Positions 51,532 to 63,944 are shown, counted from the first letter of the stretch. The stretch is 64,000 nt of DNA from Monocercomonoides exilis PA203 (GCA_001643675.2 LSRY02000011.1:186001-250000); one strand, 5' to 3'. Program-made: numbers and translations. The notes: generated by a model not told the origin, from the sequence alone.

Positions 51532-51603
51532 AGCCCCGAGAGGGAATTGAACCCTCGACCTTATGCTTACAAGGCATACGCACTGCCACTATGCTACCGA
51601 GGC
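51532..51603 (-). tRNA. tRNA-Thr(UGU)
   Basis: GCCTCGGTAGCATAGTGGCAGTGCGTATGCCTTGTAAGCATAAGGTCGAGGGTTCAATTCCCTCTCGGGGCT folds as a cloverleaf with anticodon arm TATGC-CT[TGT]AA-GCATA and B-box GGTTCAATTCC. A T-run Pol III terminator follows. Confidence 0.95.
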
Positions 51604-51611
51604 ACGCATTA

Positions 51612-52580
51612 GAACTTGATTGATTTGACTGAGTCGCGAAAATGTGACTCAGTCAAATCAATTTTTGTCTGGTTTATCGAATTTCTCTATTTTTAATCGA
51701 ATTTCTCTCAATCTCAACAAGGGCGAAATTGTGATTTTTATGATCACAAATTTTGATCGAGCATTTTTTTGTTTTGTTTATATTTTGACCTGTAAAATCA
51801 TGTTAATGTTTATTTTTTGATATGTTGCTATTTAATTTGTGTTTATTCAATATTTATCTCATTTTTTGGTGTTTTAAAAGTTTGATTCAGCTTTTTGATA
51901 ATTTCACATTTTTGTTATTGCGACTTTGTTATCAACTTTTTCTGTTGAAATTGAGCCAAATTTGTTTATATTTTGTACAACAAACATTTTTATATCTTTT
52001 TTTTTTTTGTTAATTTTTAATATTTACAAAAAATTAAACTTTTTTGTGTTTTCTTAACTGTTATGTGTTTATGAATCAATCATTTTTTGATATTTTTTCA
52101 TTTCGAATGAAAAATAAAAAGGAGATATGATTCCAAAGCTTCTTTTGTTGAATATTTTATTTTTTCGGAAAATTATTGAGAAATGTTAAAAACAAATGAA
52201 ACTGGTTCTAAATGTTGAAAAATGAAATGAAATTCACTTATATCATTTTTATAAATCACCAATAGTCGTTATCAAACAAAAACAATTAGAATTTCCAATG
52301 TTTTCCGAAAAATATCAATTATTTTAATATACTTACTAAATAAAAAACTTTTAAGAATGAAAAATTATTAAATTCAATCAAAATGATAGAAAATAAAACG
52401 GAAATTATCAGTTTTTATTAACATTTTTTTTAAAAATTCTTTGATCTTGAAACCCAGAATTGAAAACATCGGATGTGACTGAGTCATATCCAATTTGACT
52501 ACGTCTCAATGGCATTAGATCGATCTTATTGGATGTTGACCGATCTAATGCCACTTGACGCAGTCAAATCAATCAAGTTC
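51612..52580. mobile_element. Non-autonomous TIR DNA element (969 bp) with 24-bp TIRs, TA on both flanks and sub-terminal hairpins
   Basis: GAACTTGATTGATTTGACTGAGTC (51612-51635) vs GACGCAGTCAAATCAATCAAGTTC (52557-52580), one mismatch. TA at 51610-51611 and 52581-52582. AT-rich non-coding interior. Confidence 0.7.
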
Positions 52581-52701
52581 TATTTGAACACAAAATTATT
52601 ACCATTTTTATTGCGTGATATTCTCATTCATCTTTGTTTTCAATTGGTTTTACCTTAAATAAATGAAATAATCATTTTTCATCATCACAGAAGATTTACA
52701 T

Positions 52702-53143
52702 CTACATAAACAGACATACTTTTGATTGATCACCATGAAACCTGATGTACCATTCCTCCCATCCACCTTTCAAAATTGACACAACACAATGTGGAAGGCG
52801 AGATGAACTTAATTCAAGAAAATATTTCGCAGATTTTGGACCTCTTCGTTGACTTTTGCGAAAATGACTTTTCAAAAAAATAAAGATAAAATACACACCT
52901 CAAATAACAATGAAATACAATATGAGTTGGAATTGGTTTCATGTTTGCAATTTCAGTTATCAGATCATTTAAATTCAAAAGAAACGTATCACTTGGATAA
53001 TGAATACTCCTTGGTAACCGACCATTTTCGTAGTCTTCATCTCTAACATCAACAATAATCACATCTAATGGATTTTTATCTAAAAGGCTTATAAGTTCAT
53101 CTTGCTCAATATATCCCGGCGTAATATGTTTTTGAGTACTCAT
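52702..53143 (-). CDS. Cdc25-like rhodanese-fold phosphatase / ACR2-type arsenate reductase, ~131 aa, intron 52853-52898
   Basis: IIVDVRDEDY; spliced active-site loop VFHCYLS|QRRGP (HCX5R); ILKGGWEEW. A further short 3' intron cannot be excluded. Confidence 0.85.
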
Positions 53144-53252
53144 ATTTAAACTTCAGTCGATGTTTGTTACCCACTTCGATCTCTATGTGATTTAATAAAA
53201 AAAACCAAATTTCCTTGATCTGTATATGTAACATTTATGTTGGATAATTTTG

Positions 53253-54951
53253 ATGAGCAAATCCTCAGTAACTAACAAAAAAGTGTCATTTAACGCTCAA
53301 GTTTTAGGTTAGAAAAATTACATTATTGTTAATAATTACACTGCTCTATGCATTTTAGCATTATTGGACAAGGTTCATGAAACAACATTAAAGCCTCAAG
53401 TTGATGCGGCAGAAGAGCTTTTATCTGTTGTTAAAAGTGTACCGTATTCTCGATATATTGAAACATTCGATCATGCATTTTGTAGAAAATTTCACATTGT
53501 GCTGAAAGCGACTCGACATGGTTCTCAGAGTCAGGAAAGAATGATTCATATATTGTATTGCATTGCGGAGCAAGGAGCATTGAGTGATAATTTAGATAGT
53601 CCATTTCCTCTTTATAAACTTTTCATTGAAACAGAACTGTTTGGTTCAATGCAATACTTGCTTAGGCATTTTAAAACGCAATCTAAGATTCAAACACATT
53701 TACTTTTAAGTTACTGCTTTGCTTTCAAGAGAAAAATATACAAATGCAGGCCATTTGAAAAACTAATTGGCCCTTTGACATCTGCCATTCAATCAAAATC
53801 TCGAAAATCTAATCAGGCTTCCAGTTTGGAAAAATTGTTATTTGCGTTATTTTGCATGTCAAATTCAAGAGGTTTGCATACTCGCAATTGATTGATTACA
53901 TAAAATACGTTTTCTATTAATAAAATATTTTCATTTTGATATGGCTGCAATTGATTTTTAACTGCAAGATAATCAATCCATCCTCATTGAGCAAAAGTAC
54001 ATGAACTCAATTGCATCTGTTTTGGAAATAGATGAGAACAAAGAAGCGAAAATTCAATTAACTCCTCTTGCTCTTCTTTGTGGATTGCTTGCTATTTGCG
54101 AAACTTGCAGATGGGAAGACAAGAACATGAAAGAGATTCAGCCAAGAGTTGATGAAATCGGAATTGTTGAAATAATTCTTAATGCATTAGAAAATCATCG
54201 TAATGTTACATATGATGAAGAAAATCAGATGAAAGCAAGCATTGATAATGGGCAATTCTCAAAAGTGGAGTCAATAAAAGAAGACAAAATCATTTCAGCA
54301 TCATCATCGGTTTCAGTTTCTCAGACTGAAAAAGTAAATGAAAAAGACTATGTAGGCCTCAGAATGTCACAAGAAAAGAAAGAGCAATGGATCATTTCTG
54401 GCTTAACTCTTTGGCTTTATAATAAATGTTGTTTGCTTGCAGTAAATGAAGTTATTAAGATTGCTCAAAGAGGATCTGTGCTCAGGAGGATGTTGAGATT
54501 ACGTCAGCTTACAAGCAAAGTCGAAGGAAAGCGCGTTCGCAGCTTGCTGAGAACGAGTGCAGGAATGATGATCCAGAGGATAGACAAGTACTGCAATGAT
54601 ATAAGCGGAGATTCAATCCAAGTTTTAAGTCTTGTTGCAGAGTCAAGCGTTGATTTAGTAGTGGATACAGTTTTTGGGTTTAACAACAATATTAATTTAC
54701 TAGAACTGAATGCATTAAGCGATTGCGTCGATATTCTTTGGTCTTTAATGGAATGTTCTCTCCATTGTTGGGCTAAGTTAGAGTGGAGGCATGAAATCAG
54801 AAAAGTTGTGCAGGTGTTTGAAAATGAAGCTGTTTCAGATTTATGCTATGCAATTTCAGGGTTAAACGTAATATCAAGAGAGAAAGCTATAACATTAGCT
54901 GAAAAAATAGATAAAATATGCATCTCTGCTCACGCTTTGCAGGAGCAGTAA
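53253..54951 (+). CDS. Hypothetical helical (ARM/HEAT-like?) protein, ~516 aa, introns 53308-53358 and 53872-53968
   Basis: Two long ORFs plus a short ATG exon join in frame through GT-AG introns. No recognised motif. Confidence 0.65.
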
Positions 54952-55307
54952 TTATTGATAAATAATCTCTTAATATTTTGTGATTTTATAGTTGTTGAAT
55001 AATTTTTTATTTTGTTTTCAGTTAATTAAAAGCATTATATATGTCTTTCATGAAATATTTTGTATCGATATTCGAGGAAATTATACTTTCGGAGACATGA
55101 CAAGAAAAAGGAGAAATTTTGAAATATGTAAAAAGATCAATCATTTCGATTTGCTGATTATCTAAAGTTTGCGAATAAAATTTAAAAACTTTTTATACAT
55201 ATTCTTTAACGTTTTAATTCGATATATTTTTATGAAATTAAAACCAAATATTTGAAACCATCGAACTTGTCAAATTATCATTCTGCTATTATTTCATCGA
55301 AGTGTCG

Positions 55308-57621
55308 ATGTCTTCATCTTCAGCTACTCCGTCATCAGAACCATCAACTCCGGAACAGTCTGCACCAAAGGAAGAACTTCGCCCTTTGGCTATGGTTGAT
55401 GGTATGAAAGTTTATAAAGAATTATTCTCTTTAACTCAATTTTTTATATTTAGATGATCCATATTTAAAACCTTATAGCGACGCTATCAAAGGTAGATTT
55501 GACCATTATCAATGGCTCAAAAACGAAATTAAAGAAAAAGAAGGGGGTCTTGAGAAATTTTCGAGGAGTTATGAAGTTTTCGGGCTTCATGCCACTCCAG
55601 AGGGAATATCATATCGTGAATGGGCGCCAGGAGCACAGCAAGTCTGGCTTTGGGGTGACTTTTGCAACTGGGATCCTGCGAAGCGAGTTCCTTGCACGAA
55701 AGATTCGTTTGGAGTGTGGACGTGCTTTATCCCCAAAACTGAAGATGGAAAATATCCAATTGAGCATCATTCAAAAGTTAAAGCACATGTCAAATTAGCT
55801 AGCGGAGAAGAAGCAGATCGTGTGCCAGCTTGGATCTTCTGTACAAGTCAAGATGGAACAAACCCACTTGACGGTAGATTCTGGAATCCTGAGCACAAGT
55901 ACGTATTTGAAAACCCGCGCCCGCATCGGCCCAAGTCTCTTAAAATTTATGAAAGCCATGTGGGGATGTCATCTGAAGAGCTGAAAGTTAACTCTTACAG
56001 AGAATTTGCAGATAATGTGCTTCCATACATCAAAGATATGGGATACAACGCAGTGGAACTTATGGCAATTATGGAACACGCTTATTACGCATCCTTCGGC
56101 TACCATGTGACGAACTTCTTCTCTATTGCTTCTCGATGTGGACTCCCATCTGATCTGCAGTACTTGGTTGATAAAGCTCACGGACTGGGGTTGGTAGTGA
56201 TTATGGATGTTGTTCACTCGCATGCCTCAAAGAATGTGCTGGATGGGCTGAACTGCTGGGATGGAACAGGCCATCAATACTTCCACGAGGGCGCACGAGG
56301 CAACCACGACCTGTGGGATTCGAGACTGTTCAATTACTCACACTGGGAAGTGCTGCGCTTCTTGCTGTCGAATCTGCGCTATTTCATGGAAATGTACCAG
56401 TTCGACGGATTCCGCTTTGATGGAGTGTCGTCCATGCTGTATCTTCATCATGGTCTTGGCACTGGGTTCTCTGGTGGCTACCATGAATACTTTGGCCCAG
56501 GAATTGATGTGGATTGCTTGGCATATTTGACATTGGCAAACGATATGCTTCACAGCCTTTATCCAGATGTTATCACTATTGCTGAAGGTTTTCATTATTT
56601 TATTGTATTTTTTTTCTTTAAAATGTTCTCTGTCTTAATTTGAAAATTTATATTTTGACTTTTATATTCGACTATTTTATTTAAAAAAAATAATTTTATT
56701 AATTTATCTTTCTCATTAATGTTATTTATAATTTCTCAAACTTACTCAATTTAATTTTCAGATGTGTCTGGAATGCCTGGAATGTGCCGTCGCACACAGG
56801 AAGGAGGAATTGGCTTTGATTATCGTTTGGGTATGGCAATCCCTGACAAGTGGATTGAGCTGCTCAAGAAATACAAAGATGACGATTGGGATATGGGAAA
56901 TATATGCTTCACACTCACCAACAGAAGGTACAAAGAGGCTGTTGTTGCCTACTGCGAGTCGCACGACCAGGCACTTGTGGGCGACAAGACAATTGCATTC
57001 TGGCTGATGGACAAGGACATGTACGACTACATGTCAACACTGCAGCCACATTCAGACGTCATCGAGCGTGGCATTGCACTGCACAAGATGATCAGACTGA
57101 TAACCATTGGCTTGGGAGGTGAGGCGTATTTGACGTTTATGGGGAATGAATTTGGGCATCCAGAATGGATTGACTTTCCCCGAGAGGGCAACAAAAACTC
57201 GTTCCATTACTGCCGCAGACAATGGAACCTGATGAAAGATCCCCTGTTGAAGTACAAGTTTCTGTCGAATTTTGAGAAAGCTATGAATGCACTGGAGGAG
57301 CAGACTCATTGGTTGGCATCAGGACCAGGGTGGGTGTCAAGAAAGGACAATGGCGATAAGGTGATCTCATTCGAACGCGGTGGGCTGTTCTTTGTGTTCA
57401 ACTTCCACCCAGTTAAGTCGTTCACTGACTACCGCCTCGGTGTTATGAACCCCGGAAAGTACACTATTGTTCTCGACTCGGATGACAAGGAGTTTGGCGG
57501 TCAGGGTAGACAAGATCCAAGCGTTCCTCACATTTCTGAGCCGATTTCTGCTGATGGACATTTCCATTCAATCATGCTGTATCTTCCTTGCAGAACAGCA
57601 ATTGTGCTGAAAAGAGAGTAA
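55308..57621 (+). CDS. GBE1: 1,4-alpha-glucan (glycogen) branching enzyme, GH13, ~695 aa, introns 55402-55453 and 56588-56761
   Basis: DPYLKPY; YREWAPGA; [10 protein letters not shown]; [11 protein letters not shown]; [10 protein letters not shown] (nucleophile Asp); IAE|DVSGMP; [12 protein letters not shown]; [19 protein letters not shown]. Confidence 0.97.
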
Positions 57622-58274
57622 GTAGATGCATATACAGAAAACTCCGATGAAGGAGCATAAAAGCGGAGTTTGATTATTCATTCTTTATAAGCATTCAGTT
57701 ACATTAACAATTGTTTTCAAATATCTTTTGTTCAATATATTTGAATATTTGTTTGTATCGATTATAATACGAATGAAATGCACGAAAAGAAGAAATGGAA
57801 TAATCAAATTATATGCATTTGTTTCTTTATTCCGTCTTCTCTTCAATCTTTTATTCAGTGATGCATTTGCAATGTTCTTTTATATACAATTTATATTTTT
57901 CTTTTCTCATCTTTTCACGGCCGAATACTTTGCGCTCGGACTGTAAGTTCTTATTCCATTCTCTTTCTTTTTTTATTCCTTGTTTTTTTATTTTTTGGTA
58001 TTCTGCCTTGTTTACATTTGTTTATATATTTTTCCAGTGATCAATGTCTTTATCAAATCTTATAATGATCAAACTGGTTATTTATCATCCACATTTAAAA
58101 AAAGAAATAAGCAATTAAAAAATGCTAATGTTTTCTTTGACATGTTTTAAATTTTTCTTTGAAAAACGTTTCTGCAAATATCATTGCAATCTGTGTTTGA
58201 AAACACAAGTTTTTAAAAGCATTTGCTTGTGAAAGGCTCATCGTTCATGATTTGTGAGTAATTTTGTATATCTT

Positions 58275-58770
58275 TCATCCACCTTTTGATTCTTTTTCTT
58301 TTGCATCTTTTCCGCCCTGTTTTGTTGTTCTCGACATTTTGCGTAAAGTTGTTGGAAATTTTTTAAGTGGTTTGTTAAGATTAATTTTCCGAATATAGCC
58401 GCATGTTTTGCATTTGTAAATGCGACATTGTTCTGAAAGTGCAATAATTTTGAAGATTATCAATTCGAACAAAATCTATTCATTGAAAATAACCTTTCAT
58501 TGTGATATCGCAATTCACTCCTTCTACAAAAACTGTGTTACATCTTTTGCAAAAAGACTGCTTTATTTCAGTTCCTCTAAGATTGTTGTAAATGTTTCAA
58601 AAAAGAAATAAATGTCCAAACAAATTTTGCAATATTTTTGACGCTGAACGTTTTAAATGTGCAACATAAATTCGTGAAAGAGAAGTAGAAAATTTACTGA
58701 CAACATGTGCTATCTCATTAATATATTCTAGATGCTCTATTGACCTTTGAGAACGATTTTTCTTTACCAT
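58275..58770 (-). CDS. RPP21: RNase P/MRP subunit Rpp21/Rpr2 (zinc-binding), ~129 aa, introns 58577-58621 and 58433-58493
   Basis: HLEYINEIAHVV..LSRIYVAHLKRSASK; IKQSFCKRCNTVFVEGVNC; IYKCKTCGYIRK; basic tail. Largely missed by the ORF track. Confidence 0.8.
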
Positions 58771-58988
58771 TCAACTGGTCAAATAAAAGTTATTGTGGGA
58801 AAAATCTCGCTTTTAATTGTGACAAATCCGAGATAATCTTTTGAAAAATGTGTATTAGAATTTAATAAAAACTGAAAAAACAAAGAGTTATTAGAATGAG
58901 TTGGAAATGGAATAAAAGAATAATATGATTGTTAATTTTTTTCTCTTTATTGTTTATTTCATCTTTAATAATTTTCCAATGAGTTTAA

Positions 58989-60657
58989 TCAAAGTCCAGC
59001 TTCCGCAACAAGTTCCTTCTGTTTCTCTGTTAAATCTTCAGGGAAAGTGATTTCAAAACGGATTATTAAATCACCTTTCTTTGACTCTTTTGCTTTTGGA
59101 GAGGGTGATGTCGAGGAGGAAGCAGTTGGAAGAGGAGAGAAAGCGAGTGACGATGTGGATGGAGGTGCTTGATGCATAGGCATTCCTTCTCCTTTCACAA
59201 TTTGTGTGTAGCCAGGACTTTGGTTTTGAAATGGAGGTGCAATAAAATTCAGATAAAAGTTGGTGATTGCAAATGTTTTCGGTTCGATAAGATAAATCAC
59301 AAAGAATTATTATGAACTTTGAAATAATAAGTATCAATAACAAACTGTATAATTTCATTGACTGGAATGCTCAAAATGCGCTTGTCCAGAGTGGTCTGTT
59401 CAAATGTGGAGAGAACAAAAATGTCACAAATTTTAAAAAGAAAGTTTTCATGTATATTCAATTAAAAAAAATTTTTTTAAGGATATTCTTCAGAAAAATC
59501 ATCAAACCACTTTAACAATTGTTCCTAGCAATGCTTGTCCTAAAGTAACATTTGCTGTGTAAATCAAATCACTATCTTTTCTTTTGAATAATGGATGCTT
59601 TTTTTCAGTTATCCTAAAGATGACATCTCCCTGAATTTCGTTTTGAGCAACGTTTCCAACGCCTGGGAATACAACTTCATCTCCAAGCTTCATGCCCTTT
59701 TTAATGTGAATTGTTGCTGTTTCTTTCTCGGTTTTTGTTGTGATACCATCGGCTTGAAGAATCTGAAATGAAATTTTTAGAACACAAATATTTTGTATTT
59801 TTTCAAAGTATCAGAGATAAAAATTGTTTCGAATGTTATCAGTTTTGTTGAAAAATGATTGTTACCTGCTTTTCATAATCAACACGTCGAGTCGCACCAA
59901 GATAAAGTTCCTCCAAAGAACAAGCAAGATCATGCTAGAGAGAAACATGTGAAACAAAAATTTTTGATAATTGAAAATAAAATTCAAACAATAACAGGTT
60001 TTGCTTTCTCTTTGGATGGAGGGATTGACATTTGTGCGAATTCTGTAAAAATACCCTTTGCTTCTGATGGAGTAACTTGTGAAAAATCTTTAAAGAAAAA
60101 AACATAAATTATTTATTGCATTATTTGCAAGAATATAGACGTACCAAAAAATTCTGTAAAAGGATTCCTGCCGAATGCATCTCTAAAGACTTCGTCCGGA
60201 TCACTAATAAACTGATAATCTCCTCCAACCTTTTCTGAATTGTTACAAATTCAAGTTTTCAAATGAATGAAATGAAAATGAAAATGTATACCTCCTCTTT
60301 CATTTGAAGCTCCTTTTTTCAATCCAGTGATTCCATATTGATCATAGATCACTCTGTATCTTGCTAAAAAAAAAGCATTTCAAATTTGAAATTTTCATAA
60401 ACCTTAAACATGAAGACTACAAGCTAAAAAAATAACCTTGACTTAAAACTTCATATGCTTCAGTCACTTCTCTATACTTTGTAATTGCTTCAGAACGGTT
60501 ATCTGCATGAAGGGAAGGATGCCATTTTTGAGCAAGTTCTTTATACCTAAACGGTGCGAATGAAAATATACCAACTCAGCAATGCAAATTCAAACTTCCT
60601 TTTTATAGTGGCAACATCTGCATCTCGTGTAACTTCAAGAATTTGATAATAATCCAT
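58989..60657 (-). CDS. DNAJB13: DNAJB13/RSP16-like class B J-domain protein (radial spoke), ~344 aa, 8 introns
   Basis: MDYYQILEV..YKELAQKWHPS (HPD altered); EAYEVLS..YDQYGITGLK; DPDEVFRDAFGRNPFTEFF; CSLEELYLG; GDVIFRITEKKHPLFKR; NEIIH|PGYTQIVKGEGMP. All eight introns are GT-AG and frame-restoring. Confidence 0.8.
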
Positions 60658-60880
60658 GAAAATACTTTATTAAACGGGCAACCATTATGAAAATATTTCG
60701 AATTTCTCTCCTCTTTATTCAAAAAGAAAGATAAAAAAAATTAGCTTTTGATTCACGATGAAGTCTCGAAAAGAATGAAAAACTCAAATGAAATGAACCA
60801 TAATGATTAGTTTATTAAGGAAATTGCTATTTTGCTTGATTAACAAAAAGGAAAGCGTTTATTTATAGAAAAACATCAAA

Positions 60881-62550
60881 ATGGATTGCTTCAAATTTGC
60901 GCGAGATTCTCTTGAAGCAATCTTTGAAAACACACTTAAAGAGTATTCATTTTTTACAAATCTATCTTGTAAATATCATTGAATCTGACACATTTTTGCG
61001 TAGGCACAAGGATGCGCCCATTGTCTTATTCACAGATCTTCACACACGAAACATTGTGTATCTTCTTTTTACTAACAAAGAACTTCTACAATTTTCCATC
61101 ATTGGAGTTTTGCAGTTGGAAGATAACTTTGACACTGAAAAACAACAACCAAAACCATTTTTTTTCACTCAGTGTAGCGCTCTTGTGTTTTTTGTACCAT
61201 GTGAATCAACAATCTTGGATTTAACTTTTCTTTTAAAAAAGCCATCATTTCTTCAATTCTATTTGTGTTTGATTTTAATGAATTGATTTTTGTGTTTCTT
61301 TTGAATGAATTCTTTGTGCATTTAGATAGCTTTATGAATTTAGAGAATGATGAGTTGTTAAACACACTAGCAATGGCCGATGAGCATAAACTTGTTCAGA
61401 CTATTGAATCAATAAATCTTGGCTTCACACCTCGTGATACAAATCTTTTCACAATATTTCCGCCATTTACATCATCTCAAGCATTAGATGTCGATGAAAG
61501 TCAACCAGAGCCCGCAGACAACGACAAAGGAGGGATATTGGATTTTTTGAAGAAGAAAGAATCAAAAGGAATCAATTCAAGTGAAAGAGGAAAAAAACGA
61601 GAAGGAAAAGCTTCAGTGTTTCAAATGTACAGCAATGAAAAGACGCAGCATGAGCTTGCTCTAATGTGTGTACCAGGAAAATGGGTATGACTTGTTGAAT
61701 ATGATTTTTGAGACTTTAATAGTCCATGGTAACATTCTTTTATGAAAATACCATTTCGATATTTCTTCGTCTTACAGATGCAATTTGGCACAAAGCCTCT
61801 TGTCGAATGGATTTCACGAGGCATTCTTTCGATGATTTTGGCACTTCCCATTAGCAATCCGCTTCAAGAAGTGGTTATACGATCATCAAGTGGATCGCTT
61901 ATTACTCAAAGCATTGGTGTTGAGCTGAATCTCCAATTGAAGACAATGTTCACTTCAAGTCAGATGAGAGAATTGTATGGAATTCCACCAGCTGGCATTC
62001 AAAGTTCGTCATCAGCATCTGCCTCTTCGGGAACAGCAAGAGGAACACACCAACGCACTTCTTCATCTTCTCAAATATCCTATTCATCTTCTTCTTCCTC
62101 TTCTTCTGCTTCTTCAGAACCTCCTTCGACTGTCATATTGATTCTAGACAGAAGAGAAGATCCTGTCACACCTCTTCTGTTCCAGTGGTCGTATGCAGCG
62201 ATGGTACATCAGCAGCTTCGGATAGGCGAAGATGGCACAATTATTGTTCCTGCCCCATCTGGCAAGACTCCAATAGCTCCTTCACTTTCTTCTTCCTCTT
62301 CCTCCTCCTCCTCCTCATCATCATCATCATCATCTTCTTCTTCTTCAATGCATCCAATACAGAAGCATCTCCTCTCTCCATTGTATGATCCATACTATGC
62401 TTCCATGAGATGGCAGGACTATGGACAGTTCAGTGAAAGCATTGCACAGAATGTGGGTGAGTTGCAGCAGCTGGAGAAGGAGAAGAAAGAGGCGCGCACA
62501 CCTGAGCAGCTGAGAGACTTTGGTTTGTTGGCACTTTTGTGGATGATTGA

Positions 62551-62636
<86 letters not shown>

Positions 62637-63832
62637 AGAGAGAGAGAGAAGAGAGAAGAGAGAGAGAGATTTATGAATGAATGAATGAATGACTAGAAAT
62701 CATTTTGAACAAAATTATTTCACATTTTTATCTTATGTCTCATCGATGTTTGAATTTGTGCTTACTTCTCAATGATGACATTTGCACATTTTTGTTTTGA
62801 AATGCAGTGAAAAAACTGTCAACACGTTTGCTTTTGCCAAACATTGTGCCAATTCATGCAAAGATCTCTTCATCCATCATGGAATATGTGCAGAATGAAC
62901 ATTACTGGGAAGTTTGTTTCTTTGTTCTGATGAATAAAAATAATTGCATATTGTTCTCTTCTTCTGTTGCTTCTTTTTCTGCTTCTTGTTCTTCACTCAT
63001 TCTTTTATAATTCTTGTATTTTTATTTTATCTTTTCTTTCAATATCTTCATTATCTTCATTATCTTCATCATTTGTTCTTCTTTTTCTCTCACTTAGCTT
63101 GGCATCGTCGAGCAGAATCTTGCTCTTCCTTCGACTTCCTTCAACAACAACAGCAAAGCTGTGAGAGAGACTTATGTCTCGCCAAATTATTCCCCCTTTG
63201 CCAAAATGGTTGTTCTTGCGCTGTTTGCACTGAGATATCAGACTGAAAAGCAGAAGGACATGGAGAAAGTTCTGTGGTTTGAGTTTATCTTCTCATTGAA
63301 ACAGATGTGTTATTATTATGTCTTTTCTTATCTTTTCTAATCTGATCTATTCTGTTCTTTTTTCTTGTTACAAACTGAACAAAATATTTTGACATATTTC
63401 TTCTCTTATTCATTAAATTCCATAATCAAACATCTCTTCATCAAATAAACTTTTTTGTCATTTTTTTTTATCTGGCGACAATTTGAATGCTTTGCAGCTC
63501 TCTTCTGAATGACACTCCACTTTATGTTGACAGGAAATACCCTCCTCTGACAATTGTATGACATCTCATTCATTCTTTTATTGCTTCTATTTCATCTCTC
63601 TTTTTTTTCCTTATTTATCTTTTTCTCTTTTGTGTATTAATCACATTTTTATTCATTTTTTCAATGCTTCTGTCAATTTCAGAGCGACATCTTCCGTTTC
63701 ACCAGCTTTTACAGCAGTTCTTTTCGCTCATCTTCTCTTTTCCCTTCTGCCATTTCTCGAATTTTCAAAAAAGCTCGCTCAATCTCTTTGCTTGCCAACC
63801 CTTCCTCCTCCACTTCACCTTCATCTTCACCC
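60881..63832 (+). CDS. VPS45: Sec1/Munc18-family protein VPS45, multi-exon, 3'-incomplete
   Basis: LFTDLHTRNIVYLLFTNKELLQ; LAMADEHKLVQTIE; LILDRREDPVTPLLFQWSYAAMVHQ; LSPLYDPYYASM; VVLALFALRY. Exon boundaries after 62.5 kb are approximate. Confidence 0.8.
62553..62669 (+). repeat. (AG)n microsatellite in a VPS45 intron
   Basis: Pure AG run to ~62628, then degenerate. Confidence 0.95.
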
Positions 63833-63942
63833 CGTTTGCTCCATTTTTCTTTTTTTTATTGTTATTTCATTAATAATTCATTTTTTCTATTATTTGCTTT
63901 GTTTTTTTCAATACTTGCGGCAATTGTTCTTCTCAATGAAAT

Positions 63943-63944
<2 letters not shown>

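Noticed and set aside
57639-57671. 8-bp stem-loop with ATGA/AAA in the GBE1 3' UTR resembling a SECIS
   Set aside because: The geometry does not form the SECIS core and GBE1 has no in-frame TGA.
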